In this document: positions 44,711 to 56,908 of the stretch, one piece after another | How positions within the stretch are numbered: position 1 is the first letter of the stretch | Layout of the letters: each line of letters begins with the position of its first letter | Source of the DNA: Yuukianura sp. NJ FZ-2021 | Lineage: Eukaryota | Direction: 5' to 3' | Length of the DNA: 64,000 nt | Assembly: GCA_046563655.1 (NCBI GenBank) | Contig: CM102289.1 | Location: 1,364,001-1,428,000, forward strand | The notes under the pieces: model-generated | Told to the model about the DNA's origin: nothing | Databases searched by the model: none | What the model saw: the letters and a program-made list of their open reading frames with translations, nothing else | Program-made: the position numbers and the translations under genes

Positions 44711-47700
44711 TCACAGCGACAGCTCCTCGTCCGCAGTTGATGAAGAAAGGGGAAGGGGACACAGTTTGACAATTGGACGTTTGATTTCCCCATGAGCAGT
44801 GTTGAGGGTAGCCACTCGAACATGTCCGTCTGAACCAGGATGGATTTCGGCTATTCGAGCGAGAGGCCATTTGTTTGGTGGAAACCGTTCATCCTTGATC
44901 AGCACGAGGTCACCTGGCGCCATGTCACGTTGAGGAAGGGCCCACTTTGGTCGTTGTTGAAGTCGAGACAAGTACTCCGAGGACCATCGGTTCCAAAAGT
45001 GTTGCTGAATTTGTTGAAGTAGCTGCCATCTAGATAGTCGATTCAATTTGACTTCGGTAAGGTTCGGCTCCGCTACAGCAACAAGAGGACCACCGATGAG
45101 GAAATGTCCCGGAGTGAGACAAGTGAAGTCTTGAGGGTCAGAAGAAAGTTCTGTGAGAGGACGAGAGTTAAGTGATGCTTCGATCTGAGTTGTGATGGTA
45201 GTGAATTCTTCAAAGTTGATTCTTTCGTTGCCAATTACTCGAACAAGATGAAACTTGACTGACTTGACCCCAGCCTCCCATATTCCTCCGAAGTGGGGGG
45301 CGCTTGCGGGGTTGAAGTGCCACTGTATCCCCTCCTTACTAAGTTCATCAGCAAGGAAATGGTTGTGTGGTTCAGATGCTAAAAGTTCCATGAGTTCCTG
45401 AAGTTCCCTGGCTGCACCGATAAAGTTGGAACCTTGATCACTAAAGATGTCCGTCGGCTTCCCTCGTCTGGAAACAAACCTGCGGAGTGCAGCAAGAAAA
45501 GAGTCAGTTGACAAAGAGCTTACTACTTCAAGGTGGAGTGCCCGAGTGCTAAAGCACACGAACACACACAGATACGCCTTGAAGGTGGCGTTGCTCCTCC
45601 CATAATTCGGCTTCATCTGGAACGGGCCCGCATAGTCGACACCACAACGTAAGAATGGTCGACATGGGGTGACGCGTTCTTTGGGTAGGTCAGCCATCAT
45701 CTGTCGGGCTGTAGTGGCTCGGTGTCGGACACAAACTACACATTTTCTAATGTGGTAACGAATGGTGTCTCGTGCATTGATGATCCAGTAGTTTCCACAA
45801 ATGATGGATTGAAGGAGCTGGCACCCGGCATGATGGTTGAGGAGATGGAAGTGTCGAATGATAAGTGACGTAAAGTGATGTCGACATGGAAGTAAGATGG
45901 GAGTCTTACGGTCCTGCGATTCCTTTGATTTACGGATCCTTCCGCCCACTCTGAGGAGACCTTTGTCATCTAGGAATGGGTTGAGTGACAGGATTCTGGA
46001 TTTCTTCGGAAGAACTTTGTTGACACGAAGACGTCCGATTTCTGCACCAAATACTTCGTGCTGGCACTTCCAAATGAGTGATGTGAGAGCACATCCCAAT
46101 TCTGTAGTGGTGAGAGGAGGAATTGACAGATTACTTCCAATTGAATCTTTAGTGGTTACCTTCTGCATGACATTATGACGTAGAGAGGTGATGAAGCGCA
46201 GACACCAACCCGCGATCCTCTTTGCTCGGTTCAGTGAGGAATATTTTGAGAATGGATCATCTTCACTGCAACAATGTAGAACGAGCCGATTCTTCTTTTC
46301 TTCTGGAATGTTTCCGGAATGCAGAGATGGCACTAGTACCGTTGGACCGGCACTTGCATCTTGTAACCATTGAGGGCCGTGCCACCACAAAGGATGATTG
46401 ATGAGTTCTTCTGGTGTAATGCCTCTGGAGGCACAGTCGGCTGGATTTTCCTTTCCTGGAACATGGTACCAGGAATCTGCTGGGATGATGGCCTGAATTT
46501 TGGTAACTCTGTTCCCAACAAATGTCTTCCATCTTGACGGATGTGACTTAATCCATTCAAGCGTCACTGTTGAGTCCGTCCAGGCTGTAATCTTCTCAAT
46601 TTTCAGATGTAATGATTCCTGAACAGACTTAATCAAAGATGAGAGAAGGAGAGCTCCGCATAGCTCAAGACGCGGAAGTGAAACTGTTTTTATCGGAGCA
46701 ACCTTTGTCTTAGCTGTTATAAGGTGAATGGTCGGTAATTTACCTTCTGATTGCACGCGGAGGTAGACTGCTGCGGCGTAGGCTCGTTCTGACGCGTCGC
46801 AGAAGCCGTGTAAGTCTTGCCTGGTGAGAAGTGACGAAGAAACGTAACGAGGAATAACGAGATTTTCCAATTGTTGTAATGATGCTCGTAGCTTCTTCCA
46901 TTCACTAGTTGTGGGCTCCACCAATTGATCGTCCCACCCAAAATTCGATTTCCAAAGTTCCTGAAATAGAATTTTTGTTTTAATGATTACTGGAGCACAC
47001 CATCCAAGGGGATCAAAAATCCTTGCGATTTCCGAAAGGAGAGTACGCTTCGTGAACTTGTGCGGCTCAGGGGGTAACTTGACTTTGAATGTGAAGTTGT
47101 CACTGGAAGTGTTCCAGTTGAGTCCCAATGTGCTGACAACAGCGTCTTCTTCAGTGGTGATAGGAAGAACTGATTGTGTGTTGCGACGTTCCATTGGAAT
47201 TGACTGGATGAGGGTTTGAGAGTTTGAGGCCCATTTTAGCAATTGAAAGCCTCCCTGATCTGTCAACTGAAGAAGTTGGTTGGTTGTGTTGATGGCCGAT
47301 TCATCGTCATCACATCCGGACATGAGGTCATCTACGTAAAAGTCGTTTCTTGCCACGGTGGATGCCAATGGAAATTCCATACTTCCGTCAGTCGCCAGTT
47401 GGTTGAGAGCTCTCGTTGCCAGAAAGGGTGCTGCTGCAGTTCCATAGGTAACGGTGTTGAGCTGATAATCTTCCACTGCTGAACGAGGGTTGAATCTCCA
47501 CACGATCCTTTGGAAAGGGCGATGAACTGAGTTGACGTTTATCTGCCGATACATTTTCCCAATGTCAGCAGTAAATCCAATTCGATGCGTACGAAACCGA
47601 ATCAGCAGTGTCACAAGCGAATCTTGAATTGTCGGTCCCACCATCATGCACTTGTTGAGTGAGTTTCCATTTGACGTTTTTGCTGAGGCGTCGAACACTA

Positions 47701-49888
47701 CACGAAACTTGGACAGGGCATTGAGATCTTTGAGGACAAAGTGATGTGGAATATAACAAGTGTTTTGATCTGACCTGTTACTAGTTTGTAGTTTAGTCAT
47801 GTGTCCAAGGTCCAAGTACTGCTGCATGAATTTGTGGTAGGAGTCCTTGACTGCTGGAGTTTTTTCCAGCCTGGTTTCAACTGCTGCCAGTCTGCGAACT
47901 GCGATGTCTCTTGATGCTCCTAGTGGTGGTGGAAACTGCTTGAAAGGCAGATCAACTGTAAATCTGCCATTTGAATCACGGGAGTGGGTCTTGACAAAGT
48001 GTTCCTCGCACTGCTGTTCCTCTGGCGTCAGCATCCTGGCAGACGGAACTGATTCGAGTTCCCAGAAACGCTCGACGAGGTTGTCAAGTGATTGAACGTG
48101 ATGAACCACTGCTTCCTTTGCTTTAGCGTTCACTTTTCCAACAATTAGCCATCCGAGTGTTGATTTTACTGCAATCGGAGTACCCGGGGGTCCCATCTTC
48201 TTTTCCCCGAGAATGAGGTTCCAGAAAATGTCTCCGCCAAGTAGTATGTCGACTGCGCCTGCTCTGAAGAAATTAGGATCTGCCAACTGAAGTGATTCGA
48301 AATGAGCGCATGACCTAGGATCAAAAGAAAAGGATGGTAAGTCATTGACTAATTTTGGAACCACCAGCGCTTCCACGGTTTGATTCAAATCGGATTTGAA
48401 GTGAGACGTGAATGTAAAGTTGGTGGTGCTATGAGAGTTTCCAAGTGAAGCACCGCCAAGACCAACGATTCTTGTCGTGCTGTGTTTCGTCATGAGACCC
48501 AATCGTCGGGCACTGCTCTCCAAGATGAGACAGTCTGATGAGAAGTTGTCCAGAGCTACACGGCAAAGCTGTTCATTACCATGGTGATTTCGAATAGAAA
48601 TGATGGCTGTGGCGAACAGTGTTTGCGACTTAAGTGTGCTGGTGATGTGATGACTCACTGCAGAAGTTTCAGACGCTGAGGCTTTTTCTTCGTGCAGGAG
48701 GGTGTGATGAGTTCCCCTGCATTTGTGGCAGGTGAACTTTGAACTGCAGTTTTTTGCTTGATGTCCATCTCCAAGGCAATTGATGCAAATTCCAGTTTGC
48801 CGAACTGCGAGTTTTCGTTCTGGAACAGACAATGCTCGAAACTTTGGACATTTGAATATGTTGTGATTCTCCGCACAGTGTTTACATTTCTTTGAATCTG
48901 TGTGGTGAACTTGAGTGACCTTCCTGGGGGCAGCCTCGACTTGACTGGTACCAGTTGATTTTACTGCGGGTGTTGACTTGGATGAGGATGATGTCATAGT
49001 AGTTGCAGTGAGGGACAGGGCCCGTGCTCGCTGTTCCATGAACTCTAAGACATCCTTCAGTTTGGGAATTTTGGAATCAGTTAGTGATAATTCCCAGTAC
49101 TTCCTCGATTCAGCATCTAGCTTTTGTGTAATGAGAAACACAAGAAACTCATCACAAATGGAGACTTTGAATTGTTCAAGGCCACGGATACATGCCTTCG
49201 ACGTATCGATGAGACCACGGAGCATGGATCCTGACTCTTTGATTGCGGCTTGGCTAGTTAGCTTTTGGAACAAGGAAAAAATTATCTCTCGCTCATTTTC
49301 ATACCTTTCCTTTAGTAGGTCAAATGCTATTTGGTAGTTGCTATCAGTGAGGATTAGGCCGCCAATGACCTTCTCTGCATCTCCTGAAAGACTGGATTGG
49401 AGATAATTGAGTTTCTGGACGTTTGAAAGATTAGAGTTATGAACAATTGCCAGGAACTGATCACGAAAACTAACCCATTCCAGAACATTGCCATCAAACT
49501 TGGGTAGCTCAATACGTGGAAGTTTGATGTCCTGTGACCTTGTAGTTGTACGCTCTGCGACCTGTGGGCTGCCTGGCTGCTCTCTGGGGAACGTAGCCAA
49601 AATGGCGTTGAACTGACGTCTGACGTTCATGCACTGCGATAGGAGTGTTTGATGTTCCTCTTCGTATCCTTTAGATTCATCACTGCCGGAAATAACACTG
49701 CCGATGAGTTTACGGTGTGTTTTCAAAAGTTCTGCCCAAATGTACTCTCCTTGCTTGACGTACTCCGTAATGTCGTACTCACCGAAGGGAGTTGCTGCAT
49801 GTTTTTGAACTTCGGCCTGAAGAAACTGAAGGAACGATTTTTGCGTTTCACGATCTTTTTCGGCTAACTCACGGGCCGTAGGTGACAT
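44711..49888 (-). CDS. BEL/Pao Gag-Pol polyprotein, 1725 aa
   Basis: KLPRIELPKFDG..W..F gag; three Cys/His knuckles; RVVFDAS; FYVDD RT; HGFCDASERAY RNase H; GVDYAGP..SDQGSNF..GIWEAGVKS integrase. Confidence 0.98.
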   Translation of the reverse strand: MSPTARELAEKDRETQKSFLQFLQAEVQKHAATPFGEYDITEYVKQGEYIWAELLKTHRKLIGSVISGSDESKGYEEEHQTLLSQCMNVRRQFNAILATFPREQPGSPQVAERTTTRSQDIKLPRIELPKFDGNVLEWVSFRDQFLAIVHNSNLSNVQKLNYLQSSLSGDAEKVIGGLILTDSNYQIAFDLLKERYENEREIIFSLFQKLTSQAAIKESGSMLRGLIDTSKACIRGLEQFKVSICDEFLVFLITQKLDAESRKYWELSLTDSKIPKLKDVLEFMEQRARALSLTATTMTSSSSKSTPAVKSTGTSQVEAAPRKVTQVHHTDSKKCKHCAENHNIFKCPKFRALSVPERKLAVRQTGICINCLGDGHQAKNCSSKFTCHKCRGTHHTLLHEEKASASETSAVSHHITSTLKSQTLFATAIISIRNHHGNEQLCRVALDNFSSDCLILESSARRLGLMTKHSTTRIVGLGGASLGNSHSTTNFTFTSHFKSDLNQTVEALVVPKLVNDLPSFSFDPRSCAHFESLQLADPNFFRAGAVDILLGGDIFWNLILGEKKMGPPGTPIAVKSTLGWLIVGKVNAKAKEAVVHHVQSLDNLVERFWELESVPSARMLTPEEQQCEEHFVKTHSRDSNGRFTVDLPFKQFPPPLGASRDIAVRRLAAVETRLEKTPAVKDSYHKFMQQYLDLGHMTKLQTSNRSDQNTCYIPHHFVLKDLNALSKFRVVFDASAKTSNGNSLNKCMMVGPTIQDSLVTLLIRFRTHRIGFTADIGKMYRQINVNSVHRPFQRIVWRFNPRSAVEDYQLNTVTYGTAAAPFLATRALNQLATDGSMEFPLASTVARNDFYVDDLMSGCDDDESAINTTNQLLQLTDQGGFQLLKWASNSQTLIQSIPMERRNTQSVLPITTEEDAVVSTLGLNWNTSSDNFTFKVKLPPEPHKFTKRTLLSEIARIFDPLGWCAPVIIKTKILFQELWKSNFGWDDQLVEPTTSEWKKLRASLQQLENLVIPRYVSSSLLTRQDLHGFCDASERAYAAAVYLRVQSEGKLPTIHLITAKTKVAPIKTVSLPRLELCGALLLSSLIKSVQESLHLKIEKITAWTDSTVTLEWIKSHPSRWKTFVGNRVTKIQAIIPADSWYHVPGKENPADCASRGITPEELINHPLWWHGPQWLQDASAGPTVLVPSLHSGNIPEEKKNRLVLHCCSEDDPFSKYSSLNRAKRIAGWCLRFITSLRHNVMQKVTTKDSIGSNLSIPPLTTTELGCALTSLIWKCQHEVFGAEIGRLRVNKVLPKKSRILSLNPFLDDKGLLRVGGRIRKSKESQDRKTPILLPCRHHFTSLIIRHFHLLNHHAGCQLLQSIICGNYWIINARDTIRYHIRKCVVCVRHRATTARQMMADLPKERVTPCRPFLRCGVDYAGPFQMKPNYGRSNATFKAYLCVFVCFSTRALHLEVVSSLSTDSFLAALRRFVSRRGKPTDIFSDQGSNFIGAARELQELMELLASEPHNHFLADELSKEGIQWHFNPASAPHFGGIWEAGVKSVKFHLVRVIGNERINFEEFTTITTQIEASLNSRPLTELSSDPQDFTCLTPGHFLIGGPLVAVAEPNLTEVKLNRLSRWQLLQQIQQHFWNRWSSEYLSRLQQRPKWALPQRDMAPGDLVLIKDERFPPNKWPLARIAEIHPGSDGHVRVATLNTAHGEIKRPIVKLCPLPLSSSTADEELSL

Positions 49889-49936
49889 TGTTTTACACTT
49901 ACAAACTCACACAATTAAAACTGTTATTCTTATTTT

Positions 49937-49950
49937 CCGTCGAAGGACCA
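49937..49950 (-). promoter_or_regulatory. Primer-binding site (tRNA-Tyr type)
   Basis: TGGTCCTTCGACGG immediately after the 5' LTR on the minus strand. Confidence 0.8.
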
Positions 49951-50245
49951 TGAAAGGACGTGTGACTGATTATGTGTATGACTATTCCTGTTACCAAGAA
50001 TAACTAAAACCCGAAAACCAAAAAATGTGAATGACCGTTAGATTTATTATTGAGAGAAAGGCAAAATGAGATGCTGCTCCTAGCAGAGTCAAAAGAGTAC
50101 TGAAGTTACAAATTGAATATGCCGAAAGTAATGGTAGCTTAGCTTATGGCAGAAATACATAAAACCAAAAATACACAAATTAAGAATGAAAACAAATGAG
50201 TCAAATATTATAAGAAAAATGAGTAAACTAGTGTACGTCCGTTCA
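49951..50245 (-). repeat. BEL/Pao 5' LTR (295 bp)
   Basis: Direct repeat of 44201-44493. Confidence 0.97.
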
Positions 50246-50642
50246 GTTTAGAAAAAATAGCAAAAATTCCTTTCTATGTATTTTTGTGTGTAATGTAAAG
50301 AGAATTGGTGCAAACAATTGACTGAAGCCAGATTTTTGGAAAATCCGGAGTTACTGGATAACCTGTTTCAGGAAACACAGTTCAGTTGTCAAGGTACCTT
50401 GACATTTTCAATCCTTTATCGTAAATATGGGACGGACAAAGAAAAAACCAACCTTTTGACTGCGTTAAGCTTGAGATAGTAATGGCGTTTAAATGTTGGA
50501 TTCAAAACCTTTGAAAAAGAGAGAATAGTTTAGTTACATCAAGTAAGAACGTTTTATTCTTTTGTTGTTTCAAAATTGATGGTTATTGATCAGGTTGATG
50601 AATGTCGTGTTCAAATTTTCAAAATATTCCATTTTAAAAATT

Positions 50643-52439
50643 TTAGTTTGAATCCTTAGGTAGTGCACTGTCACTTTTTCCACGAGCGTAAACTCTTAAT
50701 CCCGCCGCTGCTTTGTTGCCCAAAACGCGATCTAGTAAGGACTGTTTTGTCTTGCGTCGGGCCGTTTGCACTTCACGGCAAATCTAAAAATAAAACAATA
50801 ATTTCTAAAAAATTTTGTTTTCAAAATTATGAAAATAATTTTGAGGAATCACATCGTGAAAAAGGTCTGCTACTTGGGTCACTTGCTCCGCGGCTGCTAC
50901 TTCTTCAAATGAACAATCCAAATCCTTCGCCAAAATTTCACCTTCAAAAAATTAGCCAAAATTTGAAAAATCGAACTTTTTTTCTGAAAAAAAAAAACTA
51001 AAATTTGTACCTTCTTCTGTGGAAATTTGGCGCAAGTGGATCATATCACTTTTGTTGGCTACGAGGAGCATTGGTGGGGCGGTGGGTATTTGTGATGGAG
51101 AGGCTGAGCCACCATCACGGCCATTGAGCATGGTGGGGCACGGCCCCACCGACAACCGATTCCCACCAGTTCTGTAGTCTGCTAACTGTTGCTTAACACG
51201 TTTGATGTAGTTGAAACTCTGACGATCTGTGATGGAGTAGACCAGGAGGAAGGCGTCGGCCCACTCAAGCGTCTCCAAGGAAACCAATTCATTGCTTGAC
51301 TAAAATTTATATTTTATATTATATTGAATCATAGTTTTTAATATAATTTAATTAAATTTCCTTCACTTACCCTAGGACAAGTATCCAGAATCTCGAATAT
51401 CACAGGCTCACCATCCACCATCACTTCATGCTTGTAACGATTTTCTAAGATAAAAATTTTTCCCAAATTTTTCAAATTTTTGAAATAGACAAAAAAAATT
51501 TCTGTCCAAGGTCATGTGATGAAAAAAATTTGATTTTTACCATGATGATGATCGTATTCTCCAATGTATCTTTTCGTCAGGAAACGTACTGTCAAAGCTG
51601 TTGAGCAACAAACATGGATTAACAGTTTGTTAATAACATTAGTTAATTTAGTTTAATTGTTAGCCTAATTAGCTTAACATTGACCTAAAAGTTAGGTTTT
51701 AGTATAAGACTATTCCAATGTGCTGAAAAATTTGGGCGTGGGAAGAATGTCGCTCATTTTCTGCTCAACAATTCAAAAAGTTCTTTTGAAATGTTTTGAA
51801 ACAAAAGGAAAAACGTGCCAAAATTCAAATATTTGGCTAGTAATGGCATTGTTTCTAGCATTTCCTTTGTTCTCGTGTGTCTCTCTTTTATAGTGATTGA
51901 ACGTTATGTCAGTTTCAATGTAAATGTCAACAGAATTTGGCTTTAGTGTCTCTAACCTTATGCTGACTATACTTTTTGGCTGAACATTCATTTTGCAAAA
52001 TACAAGAACATCACAGTTGTTTAGACGTTTGCTCCTGGCCTTCACCCAGAAGCGATCTCTTTACTACCTTACCCCACTTTGCTAAAACTTGGCAAACGCC
52101 AATCAAATTAAAAGCGTTTAAAAAATCTAAATGAGATCTTTAGATGAAAAAGATTTCAAAAATTTCCGACGAAGTTTTCAAAACAAAATCTTGTCGTACT
52201 TCTGTTGGTTAGTAAATTTAAGTGACACTAGATTTGTATTTGGTAACTACAGATGTTGATTCTGTTGTACGCAAACTGTGGAAAGCATTTGTAACTTTTT
52301 TTCAAAATGTTTGAAATTTCAAAATTTTGACTTAATTTTTTTTACCGCTTTTGCCAACATCTGAACTTCCAATGACAGCAACCTTGACATTGCCCAGCGT
52401 CTTCTTCCTCCGCATCCCGCGAATAGTAGATGAACTCAT
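50643..52439 (-). CDS. RERG/RERGL-like Ras-family small GTPase, 6 exons
   Basis: [67 protein letters not shown]; no CAAX box. Confidence 0.92.
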
Positions 52440-53755
52440 GCTTTAAATTTTGTTGCTAAAAAATACTATTCCAAAGGAGAAAGTCTTTGGAAAATATTGC
52501 ACTTGTGTCCACTTTTTAGCAAAAACGTATTGGTTTGAAGTGTTTCTCTTAAGTCTCCACTTCGCACTGTCACAAAGACATCACACTTTGAAGATTTTCA
52601 GTGCGAATCTTCAAGAAAGTCCTTCGAGAAGTTAAAAACGACTGGAGAATCTGTGCTAGAAAAAAATTCGTCTGGTTAATTACGTTTTTGAACTGAGAGG
52701 TTAAAGATTCCTCACTTTCCGAAAAATTTTGTAATAAAATCCAAGTTTCTTTTAAAGTTAAAAAAACAACTCTGTGCTACTTTCTCTGGTTTGTTTTAAA
52801 AAATTATTGAGACTTGTACTTGAGTTTTGAAATTTTCCGTAGAACGTTGAGTGTTCTGTTGTGAATTGTTTCTGCTCAGCTCAGGAATTTAAAAAACAAC
52901 AAATATGGAGACTGCTTGGGTGTTTGATTATTTACTTGGGCAACTTCCCAAATTGTAAAGCGATTAAACCGACCTCCGCTCTTTCAAAAAACTTAAAAGC
53001 CATAAGCACATCGCATGTTGTGATTCACACCTAACTACCTATGTAGGTAGGTAGTAAAACATAGAACAGTAGATAAAACATAGAACATAAACATAGGTAG
53101 TAGAACATAGGTAGTAAAAACTACCTATGTTCGTCCTATGACTGTTGAGCGTGGAATAAACAATGTACATGTTATGGTGTAGGAAAATTTAAAAAAGTGA
53201 AGAGTAAGTAGTGCTCAAGATCAGTTGGAGAGAAGTGGAACTAATTGAAAAGATTGAGCCTTTCGCTTATTTTTAGAACAAACTTCTGAACGCCTCCTCC
53301 ATAAACTTACTCAAGGAAAACCAAAACATGCCAATACGGGTTTAGACGAACACTAGAAAAAAGTAATCAGACAAGGTTTCTGTGCCCGGCCACTGAAAAA
53401 ATAGGGTGATAGGAAACATAGTTAGGTAAAACTAAACTAAAAGTTAACATTCAATTAATGTTATTTTAGTTTTGACTTTACTTTTGAATGAATTTGACCA
53501 AGATACAATACATTAACAACTGGGTATTCGGAAGAGTACGACGATTTAACCCCGCCCCCTGGAACTGATTTAGGCTCAACTTCTTAGACTTCAAGTCTAA
53601 CTTTTGACTTTCTACAGTTAAAGTTCAACTGTTAAACCTAGGGTATTGAATTCACTGAATTTAGTAACTGTTAAGTTTTAACACGAATTAAGTTGGGTTA
53701 TGCTTAGTGAAGAACAATTTTAAGTCTAAATCCGGATTTAAGCCTAAATCCGAAT

Positions 53756-55781
53756 TTAAGCCTTTTTAGCAGATACGGGTGGAGTTTGCTTGACTTGGAG
53801 AATGATAGACCGCATGCGTGAAATGTCCTTCTGATGCTTGCTTCCCTTGGGATTGAAGTCACACAATTTTGAAATTCGCTCCCATTCTGTTCCAGGCTCC
53901 ATCGGCTCAGCATTGGCTACCAACTCCTTCTCAGCGTTTCTGCCAAAATTCAAAATTTTCAAAATTAGCAACCAATTTATATCAACTTTGTTTAAACATA
54001 AGTTGAATACAGAAAAATTACACAGAAAGCGATTCACTATAACTAACAATTAATTTTCACACAAAAAAATATCCCACAAAACCTTCCCCATACAGCGATT
54101 TCAATTAGCTGGCTGCTGAAACGATTCGATAAGCTGCTTAAAATAAAACTCACACGTTTCTAAAAACTGAAAAAATGACGAAGTAAATGTTCAAAAACGA
54201 AAATATTTTCCGCCCGTGAACTCCACAATCAAATAAGTCTTTTGACACTTCCTTACAACTTTACACGATGTATACCAACGACGGAAAAGTGAAAACTTGA
54301 CTGACAATTTGACTAACTCGAAACCCGAAACGAAACGTTCGGGAAACGTTTAAAAATCGCTTTGAAAACGTTAGCATTTAAGACAACCGCCACCAACACT
54401 TATGAGAGCCCGATAGAAGTATAGGAAGGACTCTTTCTTACTTGGAGGCTTCCCTGAGTGTTAGCATAGATGGAGCATGGAAGGAAGAAGAGCTTTAGTT
54501 AGTAATTTGTAAATTAAACTACACCCCTCGAGTCTTTCAGTGAAAATAAAGTTCTGAAAGAGCTCAATTGTTAATATTTGTTGTTCAACTCACCTGTTGA
54601 TGAGTCTGTTCTTGGCAACTTGCTCTTCATGATTGGCATACCACTCTTCCAGCTCCTTCCGCGCTGCCTCCTTCATTTCAGCTTTCTTACGTTCTTCCTC
54701 TTCGTCTACAACAAATCATGTGATGATAATCAACAATTGCCATAGTTGACATGCCATGCCATGACATGCCAACAATTGCAGTGAGACTAACCTTTCTTGG
54801 CTAATCTCTGCTTCTGGTCTTCTCTCCAGCGACGAAGCTTCTCTGGCTCCTCTCTCGTTTCACTAAAAGACGACGGAACTGGTGACACACCTAACACAAA
54901 GAAAAAAAAACTAGTTGACATCCAGGAATGACAATTTATGTATCAACTGTTTAACTTAACAAACTAGCATTAGCTCTGAATACCATTTTAGCCCGGAACG
55001 GGAACAACAAGTTCTGTAAAACTGTGACTCGTATTTTGTGGCCGTGAAGCCGTGCTAAGCTCAAAAGAGGCAGCTTTTTTTAATGCAAAAATGGCACAGA
55101 CTAATTTTAGTTTGTAGAAGAACATGCCGATAATGAAACAAAAAATTACCAGAGTTACGTCCGAAAATATCCCCCGGACTTCCGTTCACGGGTGCTCCGA
55201 CTAATTGTGTAACCTCCAGTGACGAGTGATTGACCATTTCGAATTCAGAGTCCATCTCCAAATCAGCTCCACCTCCCAGTCCGAACGGATTGTCTTCTGG
55301 CTCTTATGAGTAAACATCGTCATTAACATCGGGAAGGAGGAACAAAGTGCGTTATACAAGAAAAACACAAAACAATTAAAGAACAAATTAACATAACAGC
55401 TTAACACGCACAATTCAGAAGCGCATGCGCAAAATAATGTCAAGTGCTCCTCAACACAAAACTAAATGACGTTTGATCCAGCTTAGGTAACGTCTCCGTC
55501 TCGGTTTAATGACAAACCACATCATACCTTATAAATGACCTTTTGACTGTACACCGATACAGACATCTTCGCATTAGTACAAATCCGTTAATTAAGTTTG
55601 AACTACCTGGCTTAGCATCAAATCCGTTCACAATGGGCGGCGGAAGTTGGACTGGCATGTCATCGACTAGTCCGGCAAGATTTGATTGTTCACGGGCCAA
55701 GAACTCAGCTGCTGGGTCAGCTTCGTCCGAGCTGCCATTCTGGGTATTGTTAACGTTGAATGCGTCGTTGAATCCGTCCAT
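53756..55781 (-). CDS. Clc: Clathrin light chain
   Basis: DPAAEFLAREQSNLAGL; EEPEKLRRWREDQ; ARKELEEWY; PGTEWERISKLCDFNPK..KDISRMRSIILQVKQ across GT-AG exons. Confidence 0.96.
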
Positions 55782-56908
55782 TCTGCGTTATGAAAATCAA
55801 TGTCAATTATTTTCCAGCTTACATAATACGTAGTTACAGTGTTTTACGAGTTTCGAAAACTCACCTGATCAATCACCGAACAAAATTGACGTGGAATGTT
55901 GAAGATGTCCAAGATTTGGAGGCTTGATGCCAATCCAACCAGCAAGTCAGGACAAACAATATGTAATTAACAGTAATTGTAGTAATTACGCACCTGTCTC
56001 TATCTTCTTGTTCCAGAAATTAAAACAAACACCCCCTTTTTAATTGAAACTTGAAACTGACGACTGAAATTACGGTTGAAAATGAATATGACATGAACCA
56101 AGTTTTCAGATTTTTTTTTAGCACAGCAAAGGTTGACAGATCACAATGGCAATTCATGAACATGTTGATTTGCAATGGCAACTCCAAAATACGCTAAAAA
56201 TACCCCATAGTTGTTTTAATTTTTATATTAAGACTTAAATACATCAAAATATTAAACTTTAATAGTGTAATTAATTTTATAAAAAAAATAGTTAACGTAT
56301 AACTCGTACTGCAAAACTAGGAACAGGGTGTAAGTTTGAAGTGGACTAGTGGACATCAATTTTTTTTGCCAATTTTGCCTGGTTTAGTTTTAAAATTTGG
56401 AAATTGCTATTGCAAAATACAATTGATTCAATGACGGTTTTGAGGTGTTTTCCATATAACTGTTTAGAATTCACATGCAATTCAGCACTACTGTACACAG
56501 TAAATGACTTTCTTTGCAAATTCAAGGTGCTACATATACACTAGTCAGAAATTAAAACTAATTGCAAATCATAAACAAAATTACCGTAAATTCACTCGGA
56601 CCCGGCTTAACGAAGGATCAAATCTTAATGCATAAACAATTCATGGAAGCTTTACGGTATACTAACCTCATTGTTTTACAAAAAACCGCAATTAACTCCT
56701 TAATTTAATTTACCAACTACGCATTGAAATTAATAGTTTGATTAAAATTTTATCAATTTATTTCTTATGATCATATTCATATTCTATGAAAGATATACAT
56801 TACTTGCTAGTATATACCTTATAATTTAATTAGTTTTATGATGCTTTTTCCCAGCCACTAAACTACTACAGAATCAGCCGCATTGTATTTTTGTAAAAGC
56901 AAAAAGAA

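Larger units (their letters stand above)
44201..50245 (-). mobile_element. Full-length BEL/Pao LTR retrotransposon
   Basis: Near-identical TG..CA LTRs; 5-bp TSD GTTTA (44196-44200, 50246-50250); PBS; AAGGCGGGCAGTA polypurine tract; single intact ORF. Confidence 0.98.

Noticed and set aside
53030..53135. ACATAGGTAGTA / AACATAG short repeats (and TTAGGCTAA repeats at 34915-35010)
   Set aside because: Simple degenerate minisatellites with no further structure.
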